DNA of 64,000 nucleotides, taken from contig OY762428.1 in assembly GCA_963665665.1 (NCBI GenBank), positions 3,808,001 through 3,872,000 of the forward strand, in the 5' to 3' direction. Positions 41,961 through 52,085 of this stretch are shown in pieces. How positions within the stretch are numbered: position 1 is the first letter of the stretch; the number at the start of each line of letters is the position of its first letter. The position numbers were made by a program, and so were the translations under genes. Under the pieces are notes generated by a model that ran no database searches, was not told the origin of the DNA, and saw only the letters and a program-made list of their open reading frames with translations. This DNA is from Candidatus Kapaibacterium sp. (GTDB lineage Bacteria > Bacteroidota > Ignavibacteria > Kapaibacteriales > UBA2268).

Positions 41961-42236
41961 TTCCTACCTACCCCTGACACCCTCCTTCGATAGGAGGGGG
42001 AGTTAATTCTATGTTATTTAACTTCTTATCCCTTCCTCGCGGAGGAGGGGAATACAGGGGTGGTTTTCTTTCTTTGCCTCCGGGCGTTGCACCTTTATCC
42101 ACGAGATAGAGAACCTGGCTATTGAATTTATCGAAGGCAGTTGGGGGAGATTCGAAAATAAAGGGAATATCATGTAAAAAATAATAAGGTGTCAGCAAAT
42201 GTGATGGGGATTAGTATACTTTATTGAAATGCAGTT

Positions 42237-42632
42237 TTAATTGGTTTCGCCGATCTCGACAAGGTAGTAATTGGCAAGGTAGCCCGAGTTATAGATATTC
42301 TTCCTGACTTTCACAATGGAAGAATCCTGAACTGAAACATCGTCATTATTGTGCATATCCAGCTTCACTTCAACCTTGGATGAATCGCTGACAGTGATGG
42401 TTCCTAAAGTATTAATCAAATTCTGGTCAACATATAATGATGATTTACCACTTGATTTTATTACACCGTTACTTTCGTTATTGAAATCAGTATTAAATAC
42501 CCTGACATGCATACCATCGCCGATTTTAATTACAGCCCCCTTGTTTACTCCTTTTTGGGCAAACAGTGATGTTTGTACACTAATCAGAGTGAGCATTATT
42601 AGAAGGGCTATATGTATTATTAATTTTATCAT
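42237..42632 (-). CDS. Small secreted beta-solenoid-like protein (131 aa from ATG 42632)
   Basis: Signal peptide MIKLIIHIALLIMLTLISVQTSLFA, then repeated N..G.I.V...S.V.V units. Starts 2 bp after the upstream stop. Confidence 0.65.
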   Translation of the reverse strand: MIKLIIHIALLIMLTLISVQTSLFAQKGVNKGAVIKIGDGMHVRVFNTDFNNESNGVIKSSGKSSLYVDQNLINTLGTITVSDSSKVEVKLDMHNNDDVSVQDSSIVKVRKNIYNSGYLANYYLVEIGETN

Positions 42633-42633
42633 T

Positions 42634-44664
42634 TTACTGGTTAGCGCGTCTGGTTGATATAACATACCACGTGGAAATTCCATCACTTACAAGCAAAGCA
42701 CCTGAAAAATCGGAGTTCCCATTACCATAACTAAGGGTAGCTGTTGTTAGATCGTTTCGAACTGCAATTACGTCACTACCGGATCTGGTAATATAACCGT
42801 CCTGGTTATTACCAAAACTGGTTGAAATAACAACATAATAGACTTTTCCTTCTGCTGTTGAAGCTTCAGGTAAATAAACAGTTGATCCTGGAGAGGAAAT
42901 TACAATTAAAAAATCATCTAAGTTTGCATTATAGTCTGAACTTGAAGGGGTAACAGTAATATTAACATTTATTATATCTGAAGCCTTCACCCAATTAAGA
43001 GGTCCGTTCCCGTAATTATTACTTAGTAAATTATACTTTGAGTTGTTATCTGCTTGTTCGACAGGCCATACATAATTGAAATTCGAACTCTGAGATCCGG
43101 TAGTAAATGAAGAATAATTTCCGCCGCCGTCAGGCTCGTAATGATAGAAGGTGGCCGTGGAACTTGCCGCACTGGAAAGCCCGATATTACCTTGAACTTC
43201 AAACTCGCTTGACGGGGTTGCAGTACCAATGCCTATCTGCCCGGTTGAATTTATTCTCATACGTTCAGTATTATTTGTTTTAAACACTACAGGCTGTGCA
43301 TCGGTTGTTCCAATAAAATTATTTGTAGAATCAGTTGATGCATTTCCATAGAGAGACCAGTAATCTGAGCCGCCAGTTGATATCAGCTGCCATTGAGTGC
43401 CGTCGTAATAATAGAAGCCTTCATCGCCGTCGGTCTGGTAAACAATCAGGCCGGTTGCGGGGTTGGATATACTTGTTCTGTCATTTTCTGTCATACGGGG
43501 CATTAATACTCCCTGTGTTGATGACTGAATATCGAGAACTGCCGAAGCATCAGGCGATGAGTTCGAGCCGATTGTAACGGCACCGTTAACAATAAATTCC
43601 GATGCAGCATCATCCCATGTAAAATCCGGGCTTGATGTAAGGCTTGAACTACCTGAAAAAACAGCAATTTCGTTATTACTGCCAGAACCTTCTAAGCCGC
43701 TGCTTCCTCCGGAATTAGGAAGCCATGTCAGCGAGCCCGAAGCATCAGTTGTCAGGTATGAATCATTCTGTGTTTCAAGATATGAAAGCCCACCTGTTGA
43801 ATTGCCATATAGCACTGCATTCTCGGGAATATTTGCAAGGCCTGTACCACCGTTGGATACATCCAGAACGCCGTTAACCTCGCCTGTTCCCAGATCCACC
43901 TGATCAGTAGTAGAACCGGTTCCGGTATATGTATTTGCTGTTACCACCCCAAGATTTTCCGGAACAAGGTATGCTCCTGAACCAACAGTCATAGTGGCAG
44001 AAGTATTTGTGCCTGTTCCGATAAGGTCAAATGTATTATTTATATAAGGACTTGGGTCGGACCATGAAAGATTGCCAGTTGCATCAACCCTCAGAAAATA
44101 ATCAGCCGTCGGGCCGTCGTTTGGCAGAGTATAATTATAAGTTGCAGTCTGGCTTGGTGAAGTGATCAGATTGTTAGTGAAAGAACTGGCAGGGTCAGCA
44201 ATACCAAGATTACCGTAGAGAAGCGCTCCGCCACCGCTGTTAATTCTCAGTCTTTCAGTTGCATTGGTTTTAAAAACCAAATCCTGTGCATCAGCTGTAC
44301 CAATATAATTAACATTAGGATCGGTACTGCTATTGCCGAGAAGATTCCAGAAATTACCGCTCATGCCTGCCTGGTTGAATATCATAATCCATCTGCCGTC
44401 AGGAACACTATAGTACCAGATTCCGGGATCTTCACCATCATCGGAATTGGTCTGGATTATCATAAGCCCATGAGCAGGATTGGATATGGCTACCTTTTCA
44501 TCCTGGGTCATTCTTGGCATAAGGAATCCCATACTACTTGTATTCAACTCAAGTATTGCACTCGGATCGGGCACAAAAGTAGAATCTTCACCTATACCAA
44601 CATTCTGTGAATAAACAGTTAAAGGTAAAATTAATATTAAAATTATTATGTAATAAACTCTCAT
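42634..44664 (-). CDS. Secreted fibre/adhesin-like protein with a duplicated Bacteroidota VGIG..P..SA.L...GxLMPRM module
   Basis: Signal peptide, two copies of SA.L...S..G.LMPRMT...ISNPA.GL...QT...W.L.GN.STD...N.IGT.DAQ..VFKTN.TER.RINS, and Ser/Thr/Gly-rich fibre segments. Confidence 0.75.
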   Translation of the reverse strand: MRVYYIIILILILPLTVYSQNVGIGEDSTFVPDPSAILELNTSSMGFLMPRMTQDEKVAISNPAHGLMIIQTNSDDGEDPGIWYYSVPDGRWIMIFNQAGMSGNFWNLLGNSSTDPNVNYIGTADAQDLVFKTNATERLRINSGGGALLYGNLGIADPASSFTNNLITSPSQTATYNYTLPNDGPTADYFLRVDATGNLSWSDPSPYINNTFDLIGTGTNTSATMTVGSGAYLVPENLGVVTANTYTGTGSTTDQVDLGTGEVNGVLDVSNGGTGLANIPENAVLYGNSTGGLSYLETQNDSYLTTDASGSLTWLPNSGGSSGLEGSGSNNEIAVFSGSSSLTSSPDFTWDDAASEFIVNGAVTIGSNSSPDASAVLDIQSSTQGVLMPRMTENDRTSISNPATGLIVYQTDGDEGFYYYDGTQWQLISTGGSDYWSLYGNASTDSTNNFIGTTDAQPVVFKTNNTERMRINSTGQIGIGTATPSSEFEVQGNIGLSSAASSTATFYHYEPDGGGNYSSFTTGSQSSNFNYVWPVEQADNNSKYNLLSNNYGNGPLNWVKASDIINVNITVTPSSSDYNANLDDFLIVISSPGSTVYLPEASTAEGKVYYVVISTSFGNNQDGYITRSGSDVIAVRNDLTTATLSYGNGNSDFSGALLVSDGISTWYVISTRRANQ

Positions 44665-44836
44665 ACAACTTTCCATATTTACGAACCTTTTCGAAATTAC
44701 TAATATTACGTATGTGTAATATTGAAATTGCGTAAATCAGCTAAAAATAAGTAGTTGTACTTACTTGTTTATTACAATTAATTAATTAAACAATAAATGT
44801 ACTATTTAAGTTGAATTTTGATATTTGTATATATAT

Positions 44837-47146
44837 TTAAATTTTTTCCAATTTGGCAAATTTCATCATCAGTTTTTTCTTGCCAACCGGGGGGAAATAA
44901 ACAACAGCCTGGCGTTTATCTCCGTATCCGCTCATACCGGTAATCTTCCCGATTCCAAAATGGGGATGCTTCACTTTATCGCCAACCCTGAAGGATGAAA
45001 AATCCTGTGGTATTTGAGAGTAACTCTCCTGTTTCGGCATATCATCTGCGAAAAGCGAATCTTTTTCATAAGTTCTTCTTCCGGGAGCGCCTGCCGAAAC
45101 TTTTGGTTTCTCTCTTCTTGCAACCGGCCTTCCCGCACCTGGAGCCAATTCAACAAGTGACGGTTCAATTTCATTCAGGAAGTTCGACGGCGGATTGTAG
45201 GATAGTTCACCAAATTTCGTTCTTTTCTGGGCATAAGTAAGATACAGTTTTTCCTCTGCTCTTGTAATACCCACGTAAAACAGCCTTCTTTCCTCTTCCT
45301 CTTCTTCAGGATGCATTTCGGCTTTGGAAAGCGGAAAAAGCCCCTGTTCCATTCCGGCAATTATTACAACCGGGAACTCAAGGCCTTTGGCAGCATGTAG
45401 TGTCATCAATGTTACTTTTTCCTGGCTTAGGTCTTTTTCATCAATATCGGACACCAGTGAAACTTGCTCGAGGTAATCCTGGAGGGTGCTTTCTTCATTC
45501 TTCCTGAAGAACAAAGTGATATCCGATACGAGTTGCTGGATATTATTCCACCTGTCAAGTGATTCCTCGGTATTTATTTCTTTATACATCTGCAGAAGGC
45601 CCGTATCTTCGATAAATTTTATTACAAGCTCTTTCTGCGAAGATCTTTCTTTTATTTCGTCATATTTCCTGAAGATATTTGCAAAATTCTCACCGGATTT
45701 TTTAGCCCTTGGTTGTAGTCCGGGCACTTCCTGTATTCTCTCGAAGGCTTGGAATAGTGGAATATTATTTTCATCGGCAAACCTGGCTACATGCCCAATA
45801 GAAACCTGCCCGAGGCCACGGGGAGGCTCATTTACAATCCTGACGAGAGATTCGCTGTCTTTCCTGTTCAGAAAAAGCCTCAGGTATGCCAATGCATCCT
45901 TTACTTCCTTACGTTTGTAGAAGGATAAACCTCCGACTATTACATAGGGTATCTGAGCCTGGCGCAGGGAGTTTTCTATTGAAAGCGACTGTGCATTTGT
46001 ACGGTAAAGGATTGCCAGGTCCTTCAGTGTGTAATCTTTTTTAAGGTTTTCATTAATAAGAGAAACAATCCTCTCGGCTTCAAATCTTTCATCGGAGCAT
46101 GAAAACACTTTTATTTTCTCTCCCTGAACATTATCTGTCCAAAGCTTCTTGGGTATCTGTTTCCTGTTATTTTTAATAACCGAGCCGGCAGCTTCAATAA
46201 TCGTTTTAGTGGAACGGTAGTTTTGTTCCAGCCGGATTGTTTTTGCGTTATCATAATCTTTCTGGAAATCCAGGATATTTTTAATATCAGCTCCCCGCCA
46301 ACGGTAAATACTCTGGGCATCATCGCCCACAACGCAAAGATTTTTATACCCGGCAGCAAGCATTTTCACGGCAATATACTGCGCCCTGTTAGTATCCTGA
46401 TACTCATCCACAAGTAAATACCTAAAGCGCCTCTGGTAGTATTTCAAAGTTTCCTCGCTTGCTTTCAGGGCGGCGATCATATTCAGCAGCAGATCGTCGA
46501 AATCCATGGCATTATTGTTTTTCAAAGCTTCCTCGTAAGCCCTGAAAACCAGTGCAGTCTGTTTTTCCAATACTGATGCCGCCTGATGGGAATACTGCTG
46601 CCACGAGGTCATGTTATTCTTGGCTCCTGAAATTCTCGACCTCATACCTGAGGGCGGATATTCCTTCTGGGTTAACCCGATTTTATACATTATCGATTTT
46701 ACCAGCCTGAGGGAATCTTCTGTATCGTAAATTGAAAAGGAACTGGTATAACCCAATGCAGGGGCCTCTTTTCTTAAAATCCTGGCAAAAATTGAGTGGA
46801 AAGTCCCGGCCCAAATCTGCTGTGCTGCATCTTTTGATACAATTTTTGCTATTCTTTGCTTCATTTCGTTGGCTGCCTTGTTGGTAAATGTCAGGCAAAG
46901 GATACTCCATGGCTTTACGCCTTTTTCTATCAGGTATGCGGTGCGGTGGGTCAGCACCCTTGTTTTGCCGCTCCCTGCTCCGGCAATAACCAGCAGGGGC
47001 CCGTTGATCGATTCAACCGCTTCTTTCTGGCTCGGGTTCAGTCCGGCCAGTATCTTCGAGGGATCGGGAGTTTTCTGAATTGTTTCTTCGGGTTTTATAT
47101 CTGATTCTGATTCAGTTTTCTTTTTTAATATTAATTTCTTTGCCAT
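44837..47146 (-). CDS. uvrD: UvrD/PcrA ATP-dependent DNA helicase
   Basis: AGAGSGKT, TFTNKAA, VDEYQD, VGDDAQSIY, QNYRS, HAAKGLEF and EERRLFYVGITRA motifs, C-terminal Tudor-like domain. Confidence 0.93.
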   Translation of the reverse strand: MAKKLILKKKTESESDIKPEETIQKTPDPSKILAGLNPSQKEAVESINGPLLVIAGAGSGKTRVLTHRTAYLIEKGVKPWSILCLTFTNKAANEMKQRIAKIVSKDAAQQIWAGTFHSIFARILRKEAPALGYTSSFSIYDTEDSLRLVKSIMYKIGLTQKEYPPSGMRSRISGAKNNMTSWQQYSHQAASVLEKQTALVFRAYEEALKNNNAMDFDDLLLNMIAALKASEETLKYYQRRFRYLLVDEYQDTNRAQYIAVKMLAAGYKNLCVVGDDAQSIYRWRGADIKNILDFQKDYDNAKTIRLEQNYRSTKTIIEAAGSVIKNNRKQIPKKLWTDNVQGEKIKVFSCSDERFEAERIVSLINENLKKDYTLKDLAILYRTNAQSLSIENSLRQAQIPYVIVGGLSFYKRKEVKDALAYLRLFLNRKDSESLVRIVNEPPRGLGQVSIGHVARFADENNIPLFQAFERIQEVPGLQPRAKKSGENFANIFRKYDEIKERSSQKELVIKFIEDTGLLQMYKEINTEESLDRWNNIQQLVSDITLFFRKNEESTLQDYLEQVSLVSDIDEKDLSQEKVTLMTLHAAKGLEFPVVIIAGMEQGLFPLSKAEMHPEEEEEERRLFYVGITRAEEKLYLTYAQKRTKFGELSYNPPSNFLNEIEPSLVELAPGAGRPVARREKPKVSAGAPGRRTYEKDSLFADDMPKQESYSQIPQDFSSFRVGDKVKHPHFGIGKITGMSGYGDKRQAVVYFPPVGKKKLMMKFAKLEKI

Positions 47147-47325
47147 AACAATTTTGCCAATTTTCATTTATGCTAAAAACAGGAAAACAAAGATAATAGT
47201 TGACAGTATATATAGCAATCAGAAATCAACTTTGTGCAAAAGTAGTTTGAAAGTAAAAATAAATATTTACGTCCACAGGCTGGTTATTCGAAACCAATCA
47301 GTATTCGTCTTAAATAATTGCAATA

Positions 47326-48345
47326 TTATTCTTTATCAGATAATTTTCCATCGGACAGAGTCGAAAGCAGAAATCCTTCACTCATTTTTATCGACCAGTT
47401 GTCTTTCTTTTCCGATATAATTATCAGAGCTTCGGTATCGGGAATATTTTCAATGAATGAAATTGCTTCTTCAGGGTCGAACAGCATCAGGACGGTAGAA
47501 AGGCCGTCTGCGTCAATGCATTTCGGACAAATAACCGTTGCGCTGAGTATATTCTTACCTGCCGGCATTCCGGATTCAGGATCAATTATGTGGGAAAACG
47601 GCTTACCATTATGTATGTAGAATTTTCTCCAGGAACCGGATGTTGATACTGAAGCTGACTTTAACGGGAATGTCAGGCTGCTGCTAATTTCAACTCCCGG
47701 CGGTAGCTCTATTCCGATATTCCATTCGGTATCGTCCGGTTTTGCCCTGCCGCACCTTATCTCGCCTCCAAGCTCAATCATATAACATAAAATCCTGTTT
47801 GATTCAAGATATTCAGCCAACAAATCGATAGTGAAGCCCTGAGCTATTGCGTTCATATCCAATTTCAGGCATTCCCGGAATTTAATAACAGAATCGTTGC
47901 TAATAATAAATTTATCCATTCCGCAGCAATCCCGGGCAATATTCAGCGAGTCGGCATTGAGTGAATGCGGGGCCTTCTTTTTATCGAAACCCCAGAATTT
48001 ATACAAAGGATACAGGCTAATATCGAATTTACCATGGCTTTTTTTGTGAAGTCTGCGGCTGTATTCAATTAACCTTCTGAACAGGAGGGAGGCAGTTTCC
48101 CCTTTTTCCGAATCATTTAATAAGGAGATTTCCGAAACCGGATTGTAAACAGAAAAAGTATTGTCAATCAGGTTTATTATTGAGTCTATCCCATGACGGT
48201 TTAGGCTGTCAATAGCATAATAAGTTATTTTGCAGGTAGTTCCCTGGGCTGGAAATTCAACTGTCTTTACCTGGTAATCCGGAGCTGAACAGGCAAAAAA
48301 CAAGAAAAATATTCCAAAAAGCAAAAAAGGTATTTTCAAATTCAT
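47326..48345 (-). CDS. apbE: FAD:protein FMN transferase (ApbE), lipoprotein
   Basis: Lipobox FFAC, DMNAIAQG, ELGGE, STSG, HIIDP and ADGLST motifs. Confidence 0.92.
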   Translation of the reverse strand: MNLKIPFLLFGIFFLFFACSAPDYQVKTVEFPAQGTTCKITYYAIDSLNRHGIDSIINLIDNTFSVYNPVSEISLLNDSEKGETASLLFRRLIEYSRRLHKKSHGKFDISLYPLYKFWGFDKKKAPHSLNADSLNIARDCCGMDKFIISNDSVIKFRECLKLDMNAIAQGFTIDLLAEYLESNRILCYMIELGGEIRCGRAKPDDTEWNIGIELPPGVEISSSLTFPLKSASVSTSGSWRKFYIHNGKPFSHIIDPESGMPAGKNILSATVICPKCIDADGLSTVLMLFDPEEAISFIENIPDTEALIIISEKKDNWSIKMSEGFLLSTLSDGKLSDKE

Positions 48346-48402
48346 TTCTTTTTTTATATTAAGTATAAGAAAAAATATAATATTAACAAATATTCGTGAA
48401 TT

Positions 48403-49320
48403 ATGAAAGTTGCGGCCGGAATAGATATTGGCGGGACAAATATAAAGTACGGGCTTGTGGATGCCCGGGGTAAGATTCTATACCGTGGCAGAATTAAAAC
48501 CCGTACATTTCCCCTGGCAGATGATTTTGCAGATTATTTTTTGCACGAATCAGGAAAAATTATCGCCGGATTAGATGGTGATTATGAACTTGGAGGTATT
48601 GGTATTGGCTCTCCGAACGGAAACCATATCACGGGCTGCGTTGAATACGCCCCAAACCTGCATTGGAAGGGCAGGGTAGAGCTTGCCAGGATATTCACGG
48701 ACAAATTTGGGATTAAAACTTATATTGATAATGATGCAAATGCAGCAGCTCTTGGTGAACTACTATTCGGCAACGGCAGGGGAATGAAAAATTTTGTAAT
48801 GCTTACCCTTGGAACAGGCCTTGGCAGCGGTATAATTGTTGATGGTAAATTATTAAGGGGCAGCGACGGGCTTGGTGGTGAGGCAGGGCATACTATCGTG
48901 GTTGAAAACGGCCGTCAGTGTGGCTGCGGCAGAAAGGGCTGCCTGGAAACCTATGTTTCCGCTACAGCGCTCATGACCACATACCGAGAGATTACAGGAA
49001 AGAATCTGCCTGCACGTGATATTTCAGATAATGCGGCAGCAGGCGAACCCGAGTGCTTTCAGGCTCTGGATCAAATGGCTGATACTCTTGCTAAAGGACT
49101 GGCAAACCTGAAATCAGTCCTTTCTCCTGAAGCTTTTATTATCGCGGGCGGAATATCTGCTATAGGTGAAGCATTTTTGAAACCGGTCAGAAAATATTTC
49201 GATCAATACGTACTTAATATTTATACACAACAAACGAAGATAATGAACTCCGCCTTAGAAGGAGCAGACGCGGCGATTCTCGGTGCTGCTTCATTAGGGA
49301 TGGATTTTGATTTGGAGTAA
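48403..49320 (+). CDS. ROK family sugar kinase (glucokinase-like)
   Basis: GIDIGGT, DNDANAAALGE, TLGTGLG and EAGH...CGCG.KGCLE motifs. Confidence 0.92.
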   Translation: MKVAAGIDIGGTNIKYGLVDARGKILYRGRIKTRTFPLADDFADYFLHESGKIIAGLDGDYELGGIGIGSPNGNHITGCVEYAPNLHWKGRVELARIFTDKFGIKTYIDNDANAAALGELLFGNGRGMKNFVMLTLGTGLGSGIIVDGKLLRGSDGLGGEAGHTIVVENGRQCGCGRKGCLETYVSATALMTTYREITGKNLPARDISDNAAAGEPECFQALDQMADTLAKGLANLKSVLSPEAFIIAGGISAIGEAFLKPVRKYFDQYVLNIYTQQTKIMNSALEGADAAILGAASLGMDFDLE

Positions 49321-49444
49321 ATATAAGATTAAACTAATAATCTGATCACAATCCTCCATATTGTCCCAATAACATCCCTGATAAATTTATGAATATCCCT
49401 AAAAAAAATAATAGTTAATCGCAGAAAATGAAATATGCTGCTGC

Positions 49445-50563
49445 CTATGCAATCCTGTTTTTAAATATCATCAAGGCCACGGCAACAATTTCGTCCATGT
49501 TGTAATATTTATATTCAGCAAGGCGGCCTGTAAATATTACACTATCCTTCAGCTTTTCAGTTTCTTTACGGTATTGTTCATACCTTACGTGGTTTTCATC
49601 GTTTGGCACGGGATAATATGGATCGTTGTTCCCGGGCAAATATTCTTCGGGATATTCATAAGCCACTGTGGTGAAATCAGATTTCTGATCGGTGAAATGC
49701 CTGAATTCAGTTATCCTGGTATAGTTATGATTATTCGGGTAGTTTACCTGGGCGGTTTCCTGAAACTGATCTTTCCTGTATGATTTAAGATCAAAACTGA
49801 GGCTACGGTATGGAAGTTCGCCGTGCATATTATCAAAGAAGAAATCAACAGGGCCTGTATAGACCATCTTATTGAATTTAATATCATCGACGATATCTTT
49901 GTAATCGGTTTTCAGCATTATATGAATATTATCATTAGCAAGCATCCTGTTGAACATTTCGGTATATCCGCGTCCGGGTATACCCTGGTACTGATCCTGA
50001 AAGTATCGGTTATCGCGGCTCAGGTAAACAGGAACGCGGGAGGTAACAGAAAAGTCGAGCTCCTCGGGTTTCAGACCCCACTGCTTCATGGTATATCCCT
50101 TGAATACATTTTCATAAACGTATTCTGCAAGGAATTTAAGGTCGCTGTCATTGCTTTCCATTAATTTCAGAATTGGAATTTTCAGACCGTAGCTGAATTT
50201 ATCAAGCAGAAGGTTTTCAAGCCTTGCAGCAAAATTGGCGGGAAAAAGCTGATATATGGAATTGAAATTAAAAGGTACAGGAACTTTTTTTCCTTCGATT
50301 ACAGCCAGCACATGATGATAATATGGCAGCCAGGAAGTAAAACCGGAAAGATAGTTCCATACTTTCGAAGATTTTGTATGGAATATATGAGGCCCGTATT
50401 TGTGTATCAATAGGCCGTGCTCATTATAATAGTCATAAGCATTACCGCCAATGTGATTTCTTTTATCAACAATTAAGACTTTTTTATCCAACTGAGATGC
50501 AATTCTTTCGGCAATAACAGCCCCGGCATAACCCGCGCCAACTATCAGATAATCAAATTTCAT
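49445..50563 (-). CDS. glf: UDP-galactopyranose mutase
   Basis: IVGAG..G, HIGGN, HKYGPHIFHT, PYYP and GRLAEYKYYNMD motifs. Confidence 0.96.
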   Translation of the reverse strand: MKFDYLIVGAGYAGAVIAERIASQLDKKVLIVDKRNHIGGNAYDYYNEHGLLIHKYGPHIFHTKSSKVWNYLSGFTSWLPYYHHVLAVIEGKKVPVPFNFNSIYQLFPANFAARLENLLLDKFSYGLKIPILKLMESNDSDLKFLAEYVYENVFKGYTMKQWGLKPEELDFSVTSRVPVYLSRDNRYFQDQYQGIPGRGYTEMFNRMLANDNIHIMLKTDYKDIVDDIKFNKMVYTGPVDFFFDNMHGELPYRSLSFDLKSYRKDQFQETAQVNYPNNHNYTRITEFRHFTDQKSDFTTVAYEYPEEYLPGNNDPYYPVPNDENHVRYEQYRKETEKLKDSVIFTGRLAEYKYYNMDEIVAVALMIFKNRIA

Positions 50564-51966
50564 TTTTTTAGATATCCCTTTAATTCATTTATTTTTATCA
50601 TCCCGCCTGCAAATATCACCGTAATATAAACAATAAATGTTACAATAAAAGCAGGAATGTAATGAATACCGTACTGAAGCATTATATAGCCTGCCGTGCC
50701 GGAAATCAGCGATAACAAGCCGAATTTTATAAGATTGGAAATATATATTCCGCCCTGAACTTTTGCAAAAATAAATATCAGGGCCGTAAATACCGTCAGT
50801 TCGCTTGCAATAGTTGAATAAGCTGCCCCGAAAATTCCGTATGTTTTAATGGTGGAAAGATTAAAAATTACATTTACAATGCCCCCGCAGGCAACGGCAT
50901 ACATCACTTTTTTTTCCATATTCCAGGCAATCAGCGGAGCCGAATAACTTACGGTCATGAACATTAGGATAGTTGTTACTGAAAGTATACGTAAAATAAC
51001 AGCACTTTCCATGTAATCGCTTCCGAAAACAATGGATATAACCGGTTCTGCAAATACGAACAAACATACGGAAATGAACGTTCCTGAAAAATATAGTATT
51101 TTAGTGTATTTATTCATAATATCTCGCCGGGATTCCCTGCTGAACGACCTGGAAAGCATTGGAAAAAGTGAGCTTTGAATTATTGTGGAAGGAAGTATGG
51201 ACAGAACCAGGACTTTGTATGCGCTGAAGTAAAATCCTGTTTCGTCCTCGGTTCTCCATTCGCCGAGCAGGGTGATATTGAAATTATTATAAATTGCAAC
51301 AATAAAGAAACTCAGCCCTATCGGGAAAGAATTTTTAATTAATTTTTTCCAGAACTTTAGATCGAATTGGAATCTGAACGGATGGTAAGCCTTGATATAA
51401 TATAATACCATCCATGTAGAATTAATTATCAAGGTGAAAACCATTATTGATATGGCAAGAACTGTATCGGAATAATCGTTCACAAGAAGTACTATTCCAA
51501 GGAAATTCAATATACCTACTGCGATCTGCCTGACGGCGAGCACTTCCATTCTTTCCAATCCGATATAAACCCATGAAAAGTAAAAAGCCGTGGCAAACAA
51601 ATTCAGGCCCTGTATCAGGACAGCGTATTTAATCATGGGGGGTTTGTCCAGGAAATAAACCATAGCTGCCAGGATTAAATATCCAATAAGTGCGAAGGCA
51701 AACCTTATAGTTGTCAGGTGATTTACAAATTTTGGGAGATCAGCTTCAGGCTTGGCAATTTCTCTTTGCCCGATCTGGTCGAACCCCTGGCTGACGATAA
51801 GAGTGAAATATGCAATAATGGAAGTGGAATAACCAAAAATCCCCATACCGCTTGGTTCAATAACACGGGCAAGATATGCCATCAGAAGAAATGCAAGGCC
51901 CTTGTTGGCCATTTCTGCTACTGTCAGTGAAAATATATTTTTAAAGATGCGCCTTGATGTTTTCAT
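50560..51966 (-). CDS. Wzx-type polysaccharide flippase
   Basis: 12-14 TM segments with LARVI...MG.F, G.Y..AYK, FP.LS and YGIFGAA motifs. Coupled to glf. Confidence 0.88.
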   Translation of the reverse strand: MKTSRRIFKNIFSLTVAEMANKGLAFLLMAYLARVIEPSGMGIFGYSTSIIAYFTLIVSQGFDQIGQREIAKPEADLPKFVNHLTTIRFAFALIGYLILAAMVYFLDKPPMIKYAVLIQGLNLFATAFYFSWVYIGLERMEVLAVRQIAVGILNFLGIVLLVNDYSDTVLAISIMVFTLIINSTWMVLYYIKAYHPFRFQFDLKFWKKLIKNSFPIGLSFFIVAIYNNFNITLLGEWRTEDETGFYFSAYKVLVLSILPSTIIQSSLFPMLSRSFSRESRRDIMNKYTKILYFSGTFISVCLFVFAEPVISIVFGSDYMESAVILRILSVTTILMFMTVSYSAPLIAWNMEKKVMYAVACGGIVNVIFNLSTIKTYGIFGAAYSTIASELTVFTALIFIFAKVQGGIYISNLIKFGLLSLISGTAGYIMLQYGIHYIPAFIVTFIVYITVIFAGGMIKINELKGYLKK

Positions 51967-52085
51967 AAACCGGAATCTGCCCGAAACTTTGACATTGAAA
52001 CTATGTAATGGTTTGTATTATATACCTCCGGTTTAGAAATCAACTTATAAGCAAAATTAAAAAATTCCGTCCTATTGACAATATA

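Noticed and set aside
40257-42134. Chromosomal oriC (AT-rich core plus TTATCCACG DnaA-box-like 9-mers)
   Set aside because: Only two one-mismatch boxes, both inside a repeat and ~700 bp from the core. No dnaA/dnaN nearby, and the flanking genes converge rather than diverge.
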